The translations under genes and the position numbers were made by a program. The notes beneath the pieces are model-generated. The model saw nothing but the letters and a program-made list of their open reading frames with translations, was not told the DNA's origin and ran no database searches. A stretch of 33,097 bases of DNA, taken from positions 1 through 33,097 of IMG/VR virus record IMGVR_UViG_3300032218_002996. The stretch is one strand, 5' to 3'. Source of the DNA: a virus. Lineage: Duplodnaviria > Caudoviricetes. Positions 1-8,442 of this stretch are shown here, one piece after another (position 1 is the stretch's first letter; each line of letters begins with the position of its first letter).

Positions 1-1
1 A

Positions 2-97
2 ATAGATTTTAAGATACTGAGCAACAAAGAACGTAATGGCATAGTAGAAGAACAAAAAAGATTATATAATCAATTAAACCTAAAACAAACAACGTAA
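2..97 (+). CDS. 3' end of a small early gene (partial)
   Basis: Frame 2 is open from the window edge (IDFKILSNKERNGIVEEQKRLYNQLNLKQTT) to TAA at 95-97, just before ATG 104. Confidence 0.5.
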   Translation: MDFKILSNKERNGIVEEQKRLYNQLNLKQTT

Positions 98-103
98 AAA
101 CAA

Positions 104-382
104 ATGGAACTATTTGGAACAGTAAAGGCTATAATGCCAATAAAAGAAACTAATACTTTTAGAAGTATTGAATTTGTAGTAACAGATAATAGCAATGATC
201 AATACCCTCAGCATATACCAATGCAAGTATCACAGGGCAAATGTGAACTATTGAATGACATTAAGGTAGGGGACAATGTAGCAGTTAGCGTAAATATTAA
301 CGGCAGAGAATATCAGGATAAGAACACTTTAGAAACTAAATATTTTTTAAGTTTATCGGCTTGGAAAATAACAAAAAAATAA
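104..382 (+). CDS. DUF3127-family OB-fold ssDNA-binding protein
   Basis: Pattern EFVV...QYPQHI...VGDNVAVSVNINGREY...YFLSLSAWKI, typical of Bacteroidota DUF3127. Confidence 0.85.
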   Translation: MELFGTVKAIMPIKETNTFRSIEFVVTDNSNDQYPQHIPMQVSQGKCELLNDIKVGDNVAVSVNINGREYQDKNTLETKYFLSLSAWKITKK

Positions 383-393
383 TTAAAAATAAA

Positions 394-426
394 TTTTTTT
401 ATATGAAATAAATACTTTATTTTTGT
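394..426 (+). promoter_or_regulatory. Early promoter with Bacteroidota -7 box
   Basis: TATTTTTG (TAnnTTTG) at 418-425. The upstream sequence resembles the promoter at 32166-32197. Confidence 0.7.
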
Positions 427-431
427 CAAAG

Positions 432-517
432 TTAGGCTTGTGCGAGCTATTCCAAATAACTAATCTATTAACCCTATTCCCTGAGAAACGCACATTTCGA
501 GGGGTGTAGGGTTTTTT
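432..517 (+). promoter_or_regulatory. Structured 5' leader/attenuator: small hairpin plus terminator-like hairpin
   Basis: AACCCTA 470-476 pairs with TAGGGTT 507-513, followed by a T-run. Loop CGCACA (489-494) is complementary to TGTGCG (439-444). Confidence 0.65.
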
Positions 518-531
518 AATTTATAAATATT

Positions 532-801
532 ATGAAAATCACAATCGAAAAAACAGAAACAATCAAAACTGAGTTAGACATTCAGTTGCCGTATTATTCA
601 AAGTATGGTAAGCTATTCTATTACAAAGTAATTAGCGAAACATTAATGCTAAAGGTTACAAGTCCATTTGACGATCAACCTAATACTGAACTAACTAAGT
701 ACTGTATTGATTCAGCATTTAGAGATGGAACAGAACCTATTGAATACTCAGAGTTCAAAGAAGCATTAATCACAGCAACACAAAAAATCGTTAATTCTTA
801 A
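532..801 (+). CDS. Hypothetical early protein
   Basis: 89 aa ORF with A-rich start, downstream of the structured leader. Confidence 0.75.
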   Translation: MKITIEKTETIKTELDIQLPYYSKYGKLFYYKVISETLMLKVTSPFDDQPNTELTKYCIDSAFRDGTEPIEYSEFKEALITATQKIVNS

Positions 802-812
802 AAAAAAACATT

Positions 813-1337
813 ATGAGAGAGATAAATATAGATAGTATGAAGTATAGAAAATCAACTCACTTAGCTGGGATTGATGTTGAAACAATTATTGCAGAAAAAG
901 GAAACTGCATACTAACAATTAAAGAGGCTTTTTATGATACCAATGTGGATGTATCAGGAAATAAAACATCTGGTTACTTCTTAGAGTTTCATGAGAACGT
1001 AAAGCCAATGGTTGTAAATTCAATCAATCGTAAAGTAATCGGAAATATAGTTAAGGCTATTAAAAATTGCACCTCAACTGATAGTCGTAATATAGGTAAT
1101 TGGACTAATGTACAAATTGAATTGTTATTTGATGCAAATGTCAAAATGATGGGTAAAATAGTTGGTGGGATTAGAATAGCTGAGAAGTACACACTGCCTA
1201 CTTTAAAGCATCCAAGTACTGAATATGATAACTGTTATAAAGCAATCCATACAAGCGGATTTACTATTGATAAAATCAAATTAAAGTATACAGTATCGGC
1301 TGAAATAGAAAAATTATTAACTACTAAAAAAGACTAA
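813..1337 (+). CDS. Hypothetical protein, possibly a single-strand annealing/recombination partner
   Basis: 174 aa ORF between the SSB and the exonuclease. Function inferred from position only. Confidence 0.5.
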   Translation: MREINIDSMKYRKSTHLAGIDVETIIAEKGNCILTIKEAFYDTNVDVSGNKTSGYFLEFHENVKPMVVNSINRKVIGNIVKAIKNCTSTDSRNIGNWTNVQIELLFDANVKMMGKIVGGIRIAEKYTLPTLKHPSTEYDNCYKAIHTSGFTIDKIKLKYTVSAEIEKLLTTKKD

Positions 1338-1339
1338 TT

Positions 1340-1960
1340 ATGGAAAATAAATTTTTAATAAGATGTTCCCAAATCGGGAAAATAATGAGTAACGCAAAAG
1401 TAAAGGGCGAATTAAGCCAAACTTGTAAAACTTATTTAGCTGAATGGTATGCCAATGATAATGAGCAAATACATTCAAAATATATGGATAAAGGCAATGC
1501 AGTTGAACACGATTTGATTGATTTTATGGCTGAACAGTTAGGTTATGGAATGGCTGAAAAATGCATAGAATCGGCTTCTAATGAGTTTATGCAAGGCTCA
1601 TGCGATGTTATTACACACGATGCTATTATTGATGTTAAAGCGAGTTGGAATAAGAAAACATTGCATCAACAAGTTATTGATGGATTAGATAAAGATTATG
1701 AGCTACAATTACAAGGTTATATGCATCTTTACAATAAAACTAAAGCTACTTTATTCTTTGGACTTATGAATACTCCTGAAACAAATTATAGCGAAGAAAT
1801 AGTTTATGAAGATATGCCTTCTAATGAACGCTGGATTGCTTATAACATTGATTATAATCCCGAAGTAATTAAATCTATTGAAGATAAGGTTATTCAATGC
1901 AGAGCTTATTTAGCTGAGTATGATAAATTAATTAAAAACAAATTAGGTAAAATAAATTAA
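1340..1960 (+). CDS. YqaJ/lambda-exonuclease-like PD-(D/E)XK nuclease
   Basis: RCSQIGKIM, MDKGNAVE, GSCD, IIDVKASW and YELQLQGYM motifs. Confidence 0.85.
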   Translation: MENKFLIRCSQIGKIMSNAKVKGELSQTCKTYLAEWYANDNEQIHSKYMDKGNAVEHDLIDFMAEQLGYGMAEKCIESASNEFMQGSCDVITHDAIIDVKASWNKKTLHQQVIDGLDKDYELQLQGYMHLYNKTKATLFFGLMNTPETNYSEEIVYEDMPSNERWIAYNIDYNPEVIKSIEDKVIQCRAYLAEYDKLIKNKLGKIN

Positions 1961-1961
1961 T

Positions 1962-2201
1962 ATGAAAACTTTAGAGTATTTAAAAATAAAAATTTTTAAT
2001 AATATTGAAAATGATTTTGAAACTAAATATGGTTTATTTAGTAATGGTTATGATAATGGATATTTTCAATGCCAAGAAGATATAGCTGAAAAATACACAA
2101 AAGAAGATATGTTAAAAGCATTTATGGCAGGAGTAAAATGTGAATCAAAAAATGGTAAAAACTTTGAGCAATTTATCAACTCACTAAACAAACAAGACTA
2201 A
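1962..2201 (+). CDS. Hypothetical protein
   Basis: 79 aa ORF, tightly packed in the operon. Confidence 0.7.
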   Translation: MKTLEYLKIKIFNNIENDFETKYGLFSNGYDNGYFQCQEDIAEKYTKEDMLKAFMAGVKCESKNGKNFEQFINSLNKQD

Positions 2202-2202
2202 T

Positions 2203-2337
2203 ATGAGCAAAATAATTTATTACATATACATATACTTTTGTATAATTCTTGCATTACCTATAATTATAATTATAATATTAGTATTATGGATATGTGATAA
2301 ATACCACAAATTAACCTGTAAAAAATGTAAAAAATGA
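2203..2337 (+). CDS. Small single-TM protein (44 aa, not in ORF track)
   Basis: MSKIIYYIYIYFCIILALPIIIIIILVLWICDKYHKLTCKKCKK. Starts 1 nt after the previous stop and has an ATGA overlap with the next gene. Confidence 0.65.
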   Translation: MSKIIYYIYIYFCIILALPIIIIIILVLWICDKYHKLTCKKCKK

Positions 2338-2561
2338 AAAACATCCATAAAAAAGAATACGTTACAACCTTAGATGAATATACTAAACTTGTAAATTCAT
2401 TAGACGATGCTAATAAATTAAATTATAAATTAGTTTTAGAAAATTTAGAGTTAGAAAGTGATATTTTGGCACTCAAAGAACTATTTGAAAAAGTACTCAG
2501 AGAGCATATAGTACTTGCTGAGTTAAGAGATTTTTATAGGAATAAGATTAACGCACTATAA
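2334..2561 (+). CDS. Hypothetical coiled-coil protein, last early gene
   Basis: Leucine-rich heptad pattern. Converges on and overlaps the lysis cassette end. Confidence 0.65.
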   Translation: MKNIHKKEYVTTLDEYTKLVNSLDDANKLNYKLVLENLELESDILALKELFEKVLREHIVLAELRDFYRNKINAL

Positions 2562-3096
2562 AAACTGTTGCAACCACAGCACCAATAGCTCCAAATATAA
2601 TTGCAATCTTTGAACGCTTTTGTTTCTTAATATCTTTTTTAAGGATGTCATTTACTTGTTTTTGCCAGTTGTCATGTTCTTGTAGTGAACTGATTACTTC
2701 GGACTGTTTATGAATGATTGACTGGTCTATTTGCATTATACTTTTATCAGTTGAAATTATAACGCTATCACTTTGAATAACGCTATCACAATTAGCTACC
2801 GTATTATCATAGTATTTAAGTACTTCAATAGTATCGCAAATATGGTGTATTATGCTATTACGGTTACTTTCTTTTAACTTTAAATACTTAGCCTTATGTA
2901 CTTTATTAACCTCTGTGAATGAATCTAATTTAGCTATATAAATAGCCTCTTTTTTTTGCCATATCTTAACTGAATCTAAGCTAATTATTTTAGGCTCTTT
3001 AGTAATTGTAATTACTTTGTTATCACATTTATAACATAGTAAAATAAAGATTATTACTACTAATCCAAGTGTTATATAAGGTCTAAGATTGCTCAT
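2548..3096 (-). CDS. Probable spanin (unimolecular-spanin-like architecture)
   Basis: N-terminal hydrophobic stretch ending LLCYKC, a coiled-coil middle and a C-terminal TM (IAIIFGAIGAVVATVFIV). Last gene of the lysis cassette. Confidence 0.65.
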   Translation of the reverse strand: MSNLRPYITLGLVVIIFILLCYKCDNKVITITKEPKIISLDSVKIWQKKEAIYIAKLDSFTEVNKVHKAKYLKLKESNRNSIIHHICDTIEVLKYYDNTVANCDSVIQSDSVIISTDKSIMQIDQSIIHKQSEVISSLQEHDNWQKQVNDILKKDIKKQKRSKIAIIFGAIGAVVATVFIVR

Positions 3097-3325
3097 TCTT
3101 ACCGTTTTTTAACTTCATAATTTGCTCAAAAGTTACGATTCCCAAACATAATACGCAAAGCAATAGCCATACACACAAAGCATTAAATTGTTGGTCCAAA
3201 GGTAACTTAACAAATGTTATATAAGCACCCATTAATGCAGAGAATAAAGCTGTTAATTTACGACCTGAATAGCCTAAACTATGATTATCTAATGAGCCGA
3301 ATAGATTTGAGATAAATGATTTCAT
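3083..3325 (-). CDS. Probable holin (2 TM)
   Basis: 80 aa with two hydrophobic helices and a basic C-terminus, adjacent to the endolysin. Confidence 0.65.
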   Translation of the reverse strand: MKSFISNLFGSLDNHSLGYSGRKLTALFSALMGAYITFVKLPLDQQFNALCVWLLLCVLCLGIVTFEQIMKLKNGKNEQS

Positions 3326-3777
3326 TATTTGGTTATTGTTATAATTACATTTTCGCCTACCTTTAAAGCGTTATTTATTTTATCATTTAGCTTATTAAAA
3401 GCCAATGTACTACCTATTCCTAAATTTAAACTTTTAGTTGTGCAGGGTAGTAAACAGCCTTCTGTATCTTCAGGTTTATTTCCTGTATGTATGCGAACTC
3501 CTGAATATCCTTTGATGTTTAATAATATAGGTAAATAAACAGGCTTACCTTTCATAGCACTAAAACGCTCAGACTTTGTAACAACTACTTTATAAACACC
3601 GTATGGAATAGCTGTTTTCCCATGAATCTTTAGTTTATTAATTTCATCCAAACTCATAGTATCTTTTAAACATCTATCAATGTCCTCTAATACATAGCAT
3701 TCAAAAGCACCATTAACCGTTAATGTGCCTATTGTTGATTTATCTGTGAATGTATCACGTTTTAATACTATGTCCAT
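3325..3777 (-). CDS. Putative endolysin, DUF5675 family
   Basis: STIGTL...CYVLED, KTAIPYGVY and GVRIHTGN...DTEGCLL (His/Cys motif); located in the lysis cassette. Confidence 0.8.
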   Translation of the reverse strand: MDIVLKRDTFTDKSTIGTLTVNGAFECYVLEDIDRCLKDTMSLDEINKLKIHGKTAIPYGVYKVVVTKSERFSAMKGKPVYLPILLNIKGYSGVRIHTGNKPEDTEGCLLPCTTKSLNLGIGSTLAFNKLNDKINNALKVGENVIITITK

Positions 3778-4040
3778 TAGAATATACTTTCTATTTTAGT
3801 TTCACTTGGTAATACAGCATCTTTTACTTTATAAGCTATATTTTTAGGTTTACTTTTTTTATCACAGCAATCTTTTAGCTCCTCTATTTGATATTGCAAA
3901 TGCTCAACTTCATAGTGTTTTTCTGTATAAAGTTCTCTAATATCAGATTTGATTGCAAAGTATAATGATAGTACAGAAACCATTAAAGTTCCGAATTTAA
4001 CACCGTTTTCTAAAGTTACTAATTGTGTTGTTGGTTTCAT
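3777..4040 (-). CDS. Single-TM protein, possibly holin/antiholin-associated
   Basis: One N-terminal TM followed by a coiled coil; TAATG-coupled to the endolysin. Confidence 0.55.
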   Translation of the reverse strand: MKPTTQLVTLENGVKFGTLMVSVLSLYFAIKSDIRELYTEKHYEVEHLQYQIEELKDCCDKKSKPKNIAYKVKDAVLPSETKIESIF

Positions 4041-4276
4041 AATTGTTTTGGTTCAAATATTATTAATGGTAATTCTTTAACCCACATAAACTCAGGATTA
4101 TCGCAATAGTTTATTTCTTCAATAGATATTATCCAATTATCATTAATATCCTGTATTGGATTAAAATAAGAATCCTCTGTATATAATTGAATCAATAATA
4201 AATTTTTTTGTTCAACTGTTAATAGTCCTACATAAAGATTATAATCACTTATTTTTATATCTTTTAAAGTTATCAT
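4037..4276 (-). CDS. Hypothetical protein following tail fibre genes
   Basis: 79 aa with FNPIQDINDNWIISIEE; translationally coupled on both sides. Confidence 0.7.
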   Translation of the reverse strand: MITLKDIKISDYNLYVGLLTVEQKNLLLIQLYTEDSYFNPIQDINDNWIISIEEINYCDNPEFMWVKELPLIIFEPKQL

Positions 4277-5085
4277 TATATGCGTCCTAAAGTTGTTTGA
4301 TAATTATTAACGGCTGTTTTTAAAGCAGTCATTTCAGTTGTAGTTAATCCTAAACCAGCACTGAAAAAAGAATATCCAAAACCACTATAAAAGTCATTAG
4401 TTGAGCCTCTGCGACATCCTAATCCTAAAGTAATACTTGGTTGTGTTGATGTTATAGTTGTAGTATTAGAATCAATAGTTCCATTAGCTCCTATATAATT
4501 ATGTACATTATTAGCAGTTCTACTACCACACCAAAAACCTTTGTGAGTAGTTGATGATACTGTTTTTGAAACTAAATATGTTGTTGCAGTCCCACCTAAT
4601 AATGAACTTTCATTTGTTGCAAGTGTTGATGTTAAACGATTACAACTTGTTGCACTTGCATTAGCTCCGATATGTCCTTGCTGTAATGAACCTATAAAAT
4701 CACTATTAATATTAGCAGATAAATGAATATCATACGCTGTAAAATTACTTGCCATATTCATAAATGAATCAGCCCATCCATTAGTACCATTAAATAAAAT
4801 ACCAGTACTTGAATGAGTTACACCACCTGCAAAAACTAATCTAAAAGCAGCATTAGTATCTAAAGGACTAATTAAATTGAATTTATGACTTGTTGCAGTA
4901 CCACCAATGATAGGATAAACAGCCTTCATTTTAGTCCATATATTTGCACTTTTTAAATCTAATACCAATGTATTAATTGCCATTGCATTAGTTCCACTTA
5001 TACCAGTCGCTGTTATAAATGCCTGTGCATCGCTATCATTAGCAACTACTCTTGGCATCATTGATATTAATGGATAGTAGCTCAT
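4276..5085 (-). CDS. Putative tail fibre/receptor-binding protein (beta-rich, lectin-like)
   Basis: Thr/Ser/Gly-rich; DSDAQAFITA...WTKMKAVYPIIGG...FNL N-terminal module; follows the main fibre gene. Confidence 0.6.
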   Translation of the reverse strand: MSYYPLISMMPRVVANDSDAQAFITATGISGTNAMAINTLVLDLKSANIWTKMKAVYPIIGGTATSHKFNLISPLDTNAAFRLVFAGGVTHSSTGILFNGTNGWADSFMNMASNFTAYDIHLSANINSDFIGSLQQGHIGANASATSCNRLTSTLATNESSLLGGTATTYLVSKTVSSTTHKGFWCGSRTANNVHNYIGANGTIDSNTTTITSTQPSITLGLGCRRGSTNDFYSGFGYSFFSAGLGLTTTEMTALKTAVNNYQTTLGRI

Positions 5086-5088
5086 TCT

Positions 5089-7557
5089 TTATGCTTGTTG
5101 TGATATACCTATTACATCAAATTTAGTATCTGTATCATTCCAAATGCAACCTAAATAAAGTGTCTTACTAATTACTGTTGTAGTTGGTAAAGTTATTCCT
5201 ATTGCCCTATAATTAGTTCCATAAGCAATAGTTTGAGCTGTGCCATTATCTTTAATTCTAATCATTAAAGATTGCCCTTCAGTCATTGTACCTGTTGGAT
5301 TTGCTATTGTTAATCCTGCAGCCTGTGCTGTTATCTTAACTAAATCATTTGTTGAAGTTGGTGTAACTGTCGCTGAACTTGTAACACTTTGAAGTCTTGG
5401 TGCATAATCGGCTTTAGCATTCCAAGTTGAAGCACTTGTTATTCTACTATCGGCTAATGTGCCAGTCCAACCTAAAGTTAATGAAGTTGCTGCTAATAAA
5501 GATGTTGATGCAGAGCCTCCTAAAGTTAATGTTACATTGGTATCGTCTGTTTTAGTTAATGCTGCTGCAGTTATAGCATTTTGCTTACCATTAAAAGTAC
5601 TCCAATCAGTACTACTTAAAGCACCTCTATTAGTAGCACTTGCAGTTGGTAAATTAAAAGTAATTACAGGTGTTGTAGTTCCTGTTGCAACAGTTGAACT
5701 TACATCTGTGCCTGTAGTTCCTAAAGTCAATGCAGCTACAGATGTAACTGTACCTACTGAGATATTTCCACTACCTAATAAAGTAGTGCTATTAACTGTC
5801 TTAATATTTGTACCACTTACTAAAGTAGCTTGTTTATTATTAAAAGTACTCCAATCAGTATTGCTTAATTTACCTGTATTAGTAGAAGATGCTATTGGTA
5901 AATTAAATTTATGGTCTGTTCCACTATCAACTATTGCAAAATCAGTTCCTGTAGTTCCTGTTGTTAATGTTTGAACAGCTCCTGTTAAACTGTTAATTGC
6001 TGTCAAACCTGTACCTGCCATGATACCACTTTGTTGTGTAACAGTCATAATAACTGAAGCTGCTGAAGGTGGTGGTGAACCTGCTGCATAAAACTGCATA
6101 GTTACATTAGTAAAATTACTTGTACTCCACACTAATTCATAATATTGACCTGCAACAACACTTAATACATAATTCCAACCTGCTATTATATGACCTTCAT
6201 TTCCTGCTCCTGCTGATTTTCTTGCAGGTACTGATATTAATCCTGAACTACCATTTACATCAGTTCCATTAAGTCTTAACCATACAGTTACATCATGTTG
6301 AGCATTATCTGTATTTTGAAATTGTGAACTAAATTGTAAATTATATATTCCTGTATTTGCAAAAGTTATTCTTGTAGGATCCCCACTTCCATTATTTACT
6401 ATTGATAATCCATTAGGTGTAATATCAGCAGTATGAAATTTCATTGCATACCCTGTATTACTTGCAGCAGCAGTTTGTGTAAAAGCATCTTGCCAAGCTC
6501 CATAATATCCTGTTGGTGTTGCAGCAGTATTTGTAACCCATTTTAAACCTGTAGACGTTGTACTATCAGCAATTAAAACTTGTGTATCTAATCCTATAGG
6601 TAGTCTTGCATTCGCAGTATTATATGTAAATAAATCTCCCTTAGTTGTTAAAGGTATTGATGGCTTATTTAAAATCTGAGCTACTCCACTTGTTGCATTC
6701 CAATCGGCATTTACTTGGTTTGAATATAAATCCCAAATAGCAGCATTTGTACTTGCATCTGAGCAAACGTATACATCGCCATTATCTAATACCCATCTAC
6801 TGCCTACTTTAAATCTTAATGTGTCGTCAAATGTATTGTCAGGAATAATATTAAAACAATTAGAAGATTCTCTAATATTTCCACTATTATCAAAGACGTG
6901 TCTTATTCCCGATTGCCAATTATCTTCATAACCAACTGAGCATATTTGAGATATGCCTTTACTGCCACCAAAATCATAAGTTCCTTCTCTTAATAGAGAG
7001 CTATTTTTTAGTTCAATAGATGTTGCAGTTTCTAATAATATATTAGTACTACCCGTTGAATTTCCTGCTAAAAGTACATCGGATAAATTTGGAGTAGCAG
7101 GAATTCCTAAAAAATTTAATTTATAAAGTTCAGTAACACCATCACCTAATTTGTATGCGCCTGTTTGTTCTAAAAAAACTATTTCTCCTTCTAATAATAC
7201 AATATATGGATTATCATTAAACCATGCTAAATCTTTATATCCTAATTGTATATTTACATTTGCAGAATTTACATAAGGTAAATCATTCCATAAATTAATT
7301 CCATCACCAATTTTATATTTAGGAGCTATTAATAAATCATCAGTTTCAATACCTAATTGGCCAATTAATAATAATGGATTATTAGCTGTTAAATTTGCTG
7401 CTATATCTGTAAAATGCTGTAATGTCCAATCTACTTTATTATCAGTTACATTACCAGAACCAAAGAATAAATCTTTAATTCCATTAATATTTAATGTAAA
7501 ATTACTAACTGTTTTAACAATTAGTTTAGCATTTTGAACTATTAATTTATAAATCAT
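5089..7557 (-). CDS. Mosaic tail fibre protein (Mtd-N-like repeats, C1q-like domain, internal repeats)
   Basis: Two LLxGE/Q...YK(I/L)GDG modules, a C1q-like segment (TGIYNLQFS...VWLRLNG...YELVW) and two DWSTFNxKQ repeats; Thr/Ser-rich. Confidence 0.8.
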   Translation of the reverse strand: MIYKLIVQNAKLIVKTVSNFTLNINGIKDLFFGSGNVTDNKVDWTLQHFTDIAANLTANNPLLLIGQLGIETDDLLIAPKYKIGDGINLWNDLPYVNSANVNIQLGYKDLAWFNDNPYIVLLEGEIVFLEQTGAYKLGDGVTELYKLNFLGIPATPNLSDVLLAGNSTGSTNILLETATSIELKNSSLLREGTYDFGGSKGISQICSVGYEDNWQSGIRHVFDNSGNIRESSNCFNIIPDNTFDDTLRFKVGSRWVLDNGDVYVCSDASTNAAIWDLYSNQVNADWNATSGVAQILNKPSIPLTTKGDLFTYNTANARLPIGLDTQVLIADSTTSTGLKWVTNTAATPTGYYGAWQDAFTQTAAASNTGYAMKFHTADITPNGLSIVNNGSGDPTRITFANTGIYNLQFSSQFQNTDNAQHDVTVWLRLNGTDVNGSSGLISVPARKSAGAGNEGHIIAGWNYVLSVVAGQYYELVWSTSNFTNVTMQFYAAGSPPPSAASVIMTVTQQSGIMAGTGLTAINSLTGAVQTLTTGTTGTDFAIVDSGTDHKFNLPIASSTNTGKLSNTDWSTFNNKQATLVSGTNIKTVNSTTLLGSGNISVGTVTSVAALTLGTTGTDVSSTVATGTTTPVITFNLPTASATNRGALSSTDWSTFNGKQNAITAAALTKTDDTNVTLTLGGSASTSLLAATSLTLGWTGTLADSRITSASTWNAKADYAPRLQSVTSSATVTPTSTNDLVKITAQAAGLTIANPTGTMTEGQSLMIRIKDNGTAQTIAYGTNYRAIGITLPTTTVISKTLYLGCIWNDTDTKFDVIGISQQA
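5581..5904 (-). repeat. Duplicated fibre module (NLPxASxTNxGxLSxTDWSTFNxKQ, two copies)
   Basis: Copies at about 5581-5655 and 5830-5904 share ATTAAAAGTACTCCAATCAGTA on the + strand. Confidence 0.85.
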
Positions 7558-7892
7558 TATGTGGTTCTTATTGTTACGTGATCAACTAATATAAATAAAT
7601 CTGAAAAAATAGAATTAATTAAACCATTTGAATCTTTAATTTTTATATCATAATAAAATTCACCAACATAATTTACATCTGAAGCATTAAAACTAAAAGT
7701 AGTTTCACCATTAGTTGGATTTGTATGTGATGTAATTGTTTTATTAATTAATGCTAATGAATCAGAATCCTGTAAATTTCTTTTTACAGTTAAAAAAACA
7801 GTACATCCAGTTAAATCAAAAACATTTTCATTAGCATCCAATATTTGAACATCTAAATTATATGTATCACCTTTTATTCTTTTAATTATCAT
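7557..7892 (-). CDS. BppU-like baseplate upper/fibre adaptor domain protein
   Basis: KGDT...FDLTGCTV...G.FYYDIKI pattern; directly upstream of the fibre gene. Confidence 0.7.
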   Translation of the reverse strand: MIIKRIKGDTYNLDVQILDANENVFDLTGCTVFLTVKRNLQDSDSLALINKTITSHTNPTNGETTFSFNASDVNYVGEFYYDIKIKDSNGLINSIFSDLFILVDHVTIRTT

Positions 7893-8442
7893 AGCCTATT
7901 CTATTTCCTGTTTGATAATCAATATTAATGTTTTTATATTTTTTACCAACTTGTTTAATTCCTATATGTCTTTTTGAGCGTGTTTTATATGGATCATCAA
8001 AAAAAGTATAAACTATTCCATCAAATGTATAATTTGATCTATATAATTCCCTTGTCATTATAGATAAATAAGCATTTGTTTTACGTTTTACATCAGCTAA
8101 TAATTCACCTTTAGTTTTATCACTAACTTGTTGTGAAGTATCTTCTATATTGTTTCTAATGCCAAATTGAGATACATTATTACCATGCCATAATAAGAAT
8201 TTTTCATAAGCTCCGCAAATTAAATATGGCTTAATATAAGTATCTAAAAATAATTGTAATTCAGGTCTATTTGTTAAATCTCCAGTTACATCAATATAAA
8301 ATGGTTCATCCATTGTTGAACGAAACTCCAATTCTTGCATATCCTGGATAAATGAATCTAATTCTGAATCTTTACCTACATTAGCACCCAATTTGCAAAA
8401 GGTTCTAAATTCAGATTTGATTATTAATGGTCGGTAAGACAT
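7882..8442 (-). CDS. Head-tail adaptor/connector protein
   Basis: Follows the portal; FIQDMQE...YIKPYL...FGI helical pattern of Bacteroidota phage adaptors. Confidence 0.65.
   Translation of the reverse strand: MSYRPLIIKSEFRTFCKLGANVGKDSELDSFIQDMQELEFRSTMDEPFYIDVTGDLTNRPELQLFLDTYIKPYLICGAYEKFLLWHGNNVSQFGIRNNIEDTSQQVSDKTKGELLADVKRKTNAYLSIMTRELYRSNYTFDGIVYTFFDDPYKTRSKRHIGIKQVGKKYKNINIDYQTGNRIGYDN

Noticed and set aside
5459-5974. 171 aa + strand ORF
   Set aside because: Antisense shadow of the Thr/Ala-rich tail fibre; Val/Leu/Pro-rich with no promoter or plausible start.
5089-7557. Diversity-generating retroelement suggested by Mtd-N-like domains
   Set aside because: No reverse transcriptase and no template/variable repeat pair differing at adenines was seen.
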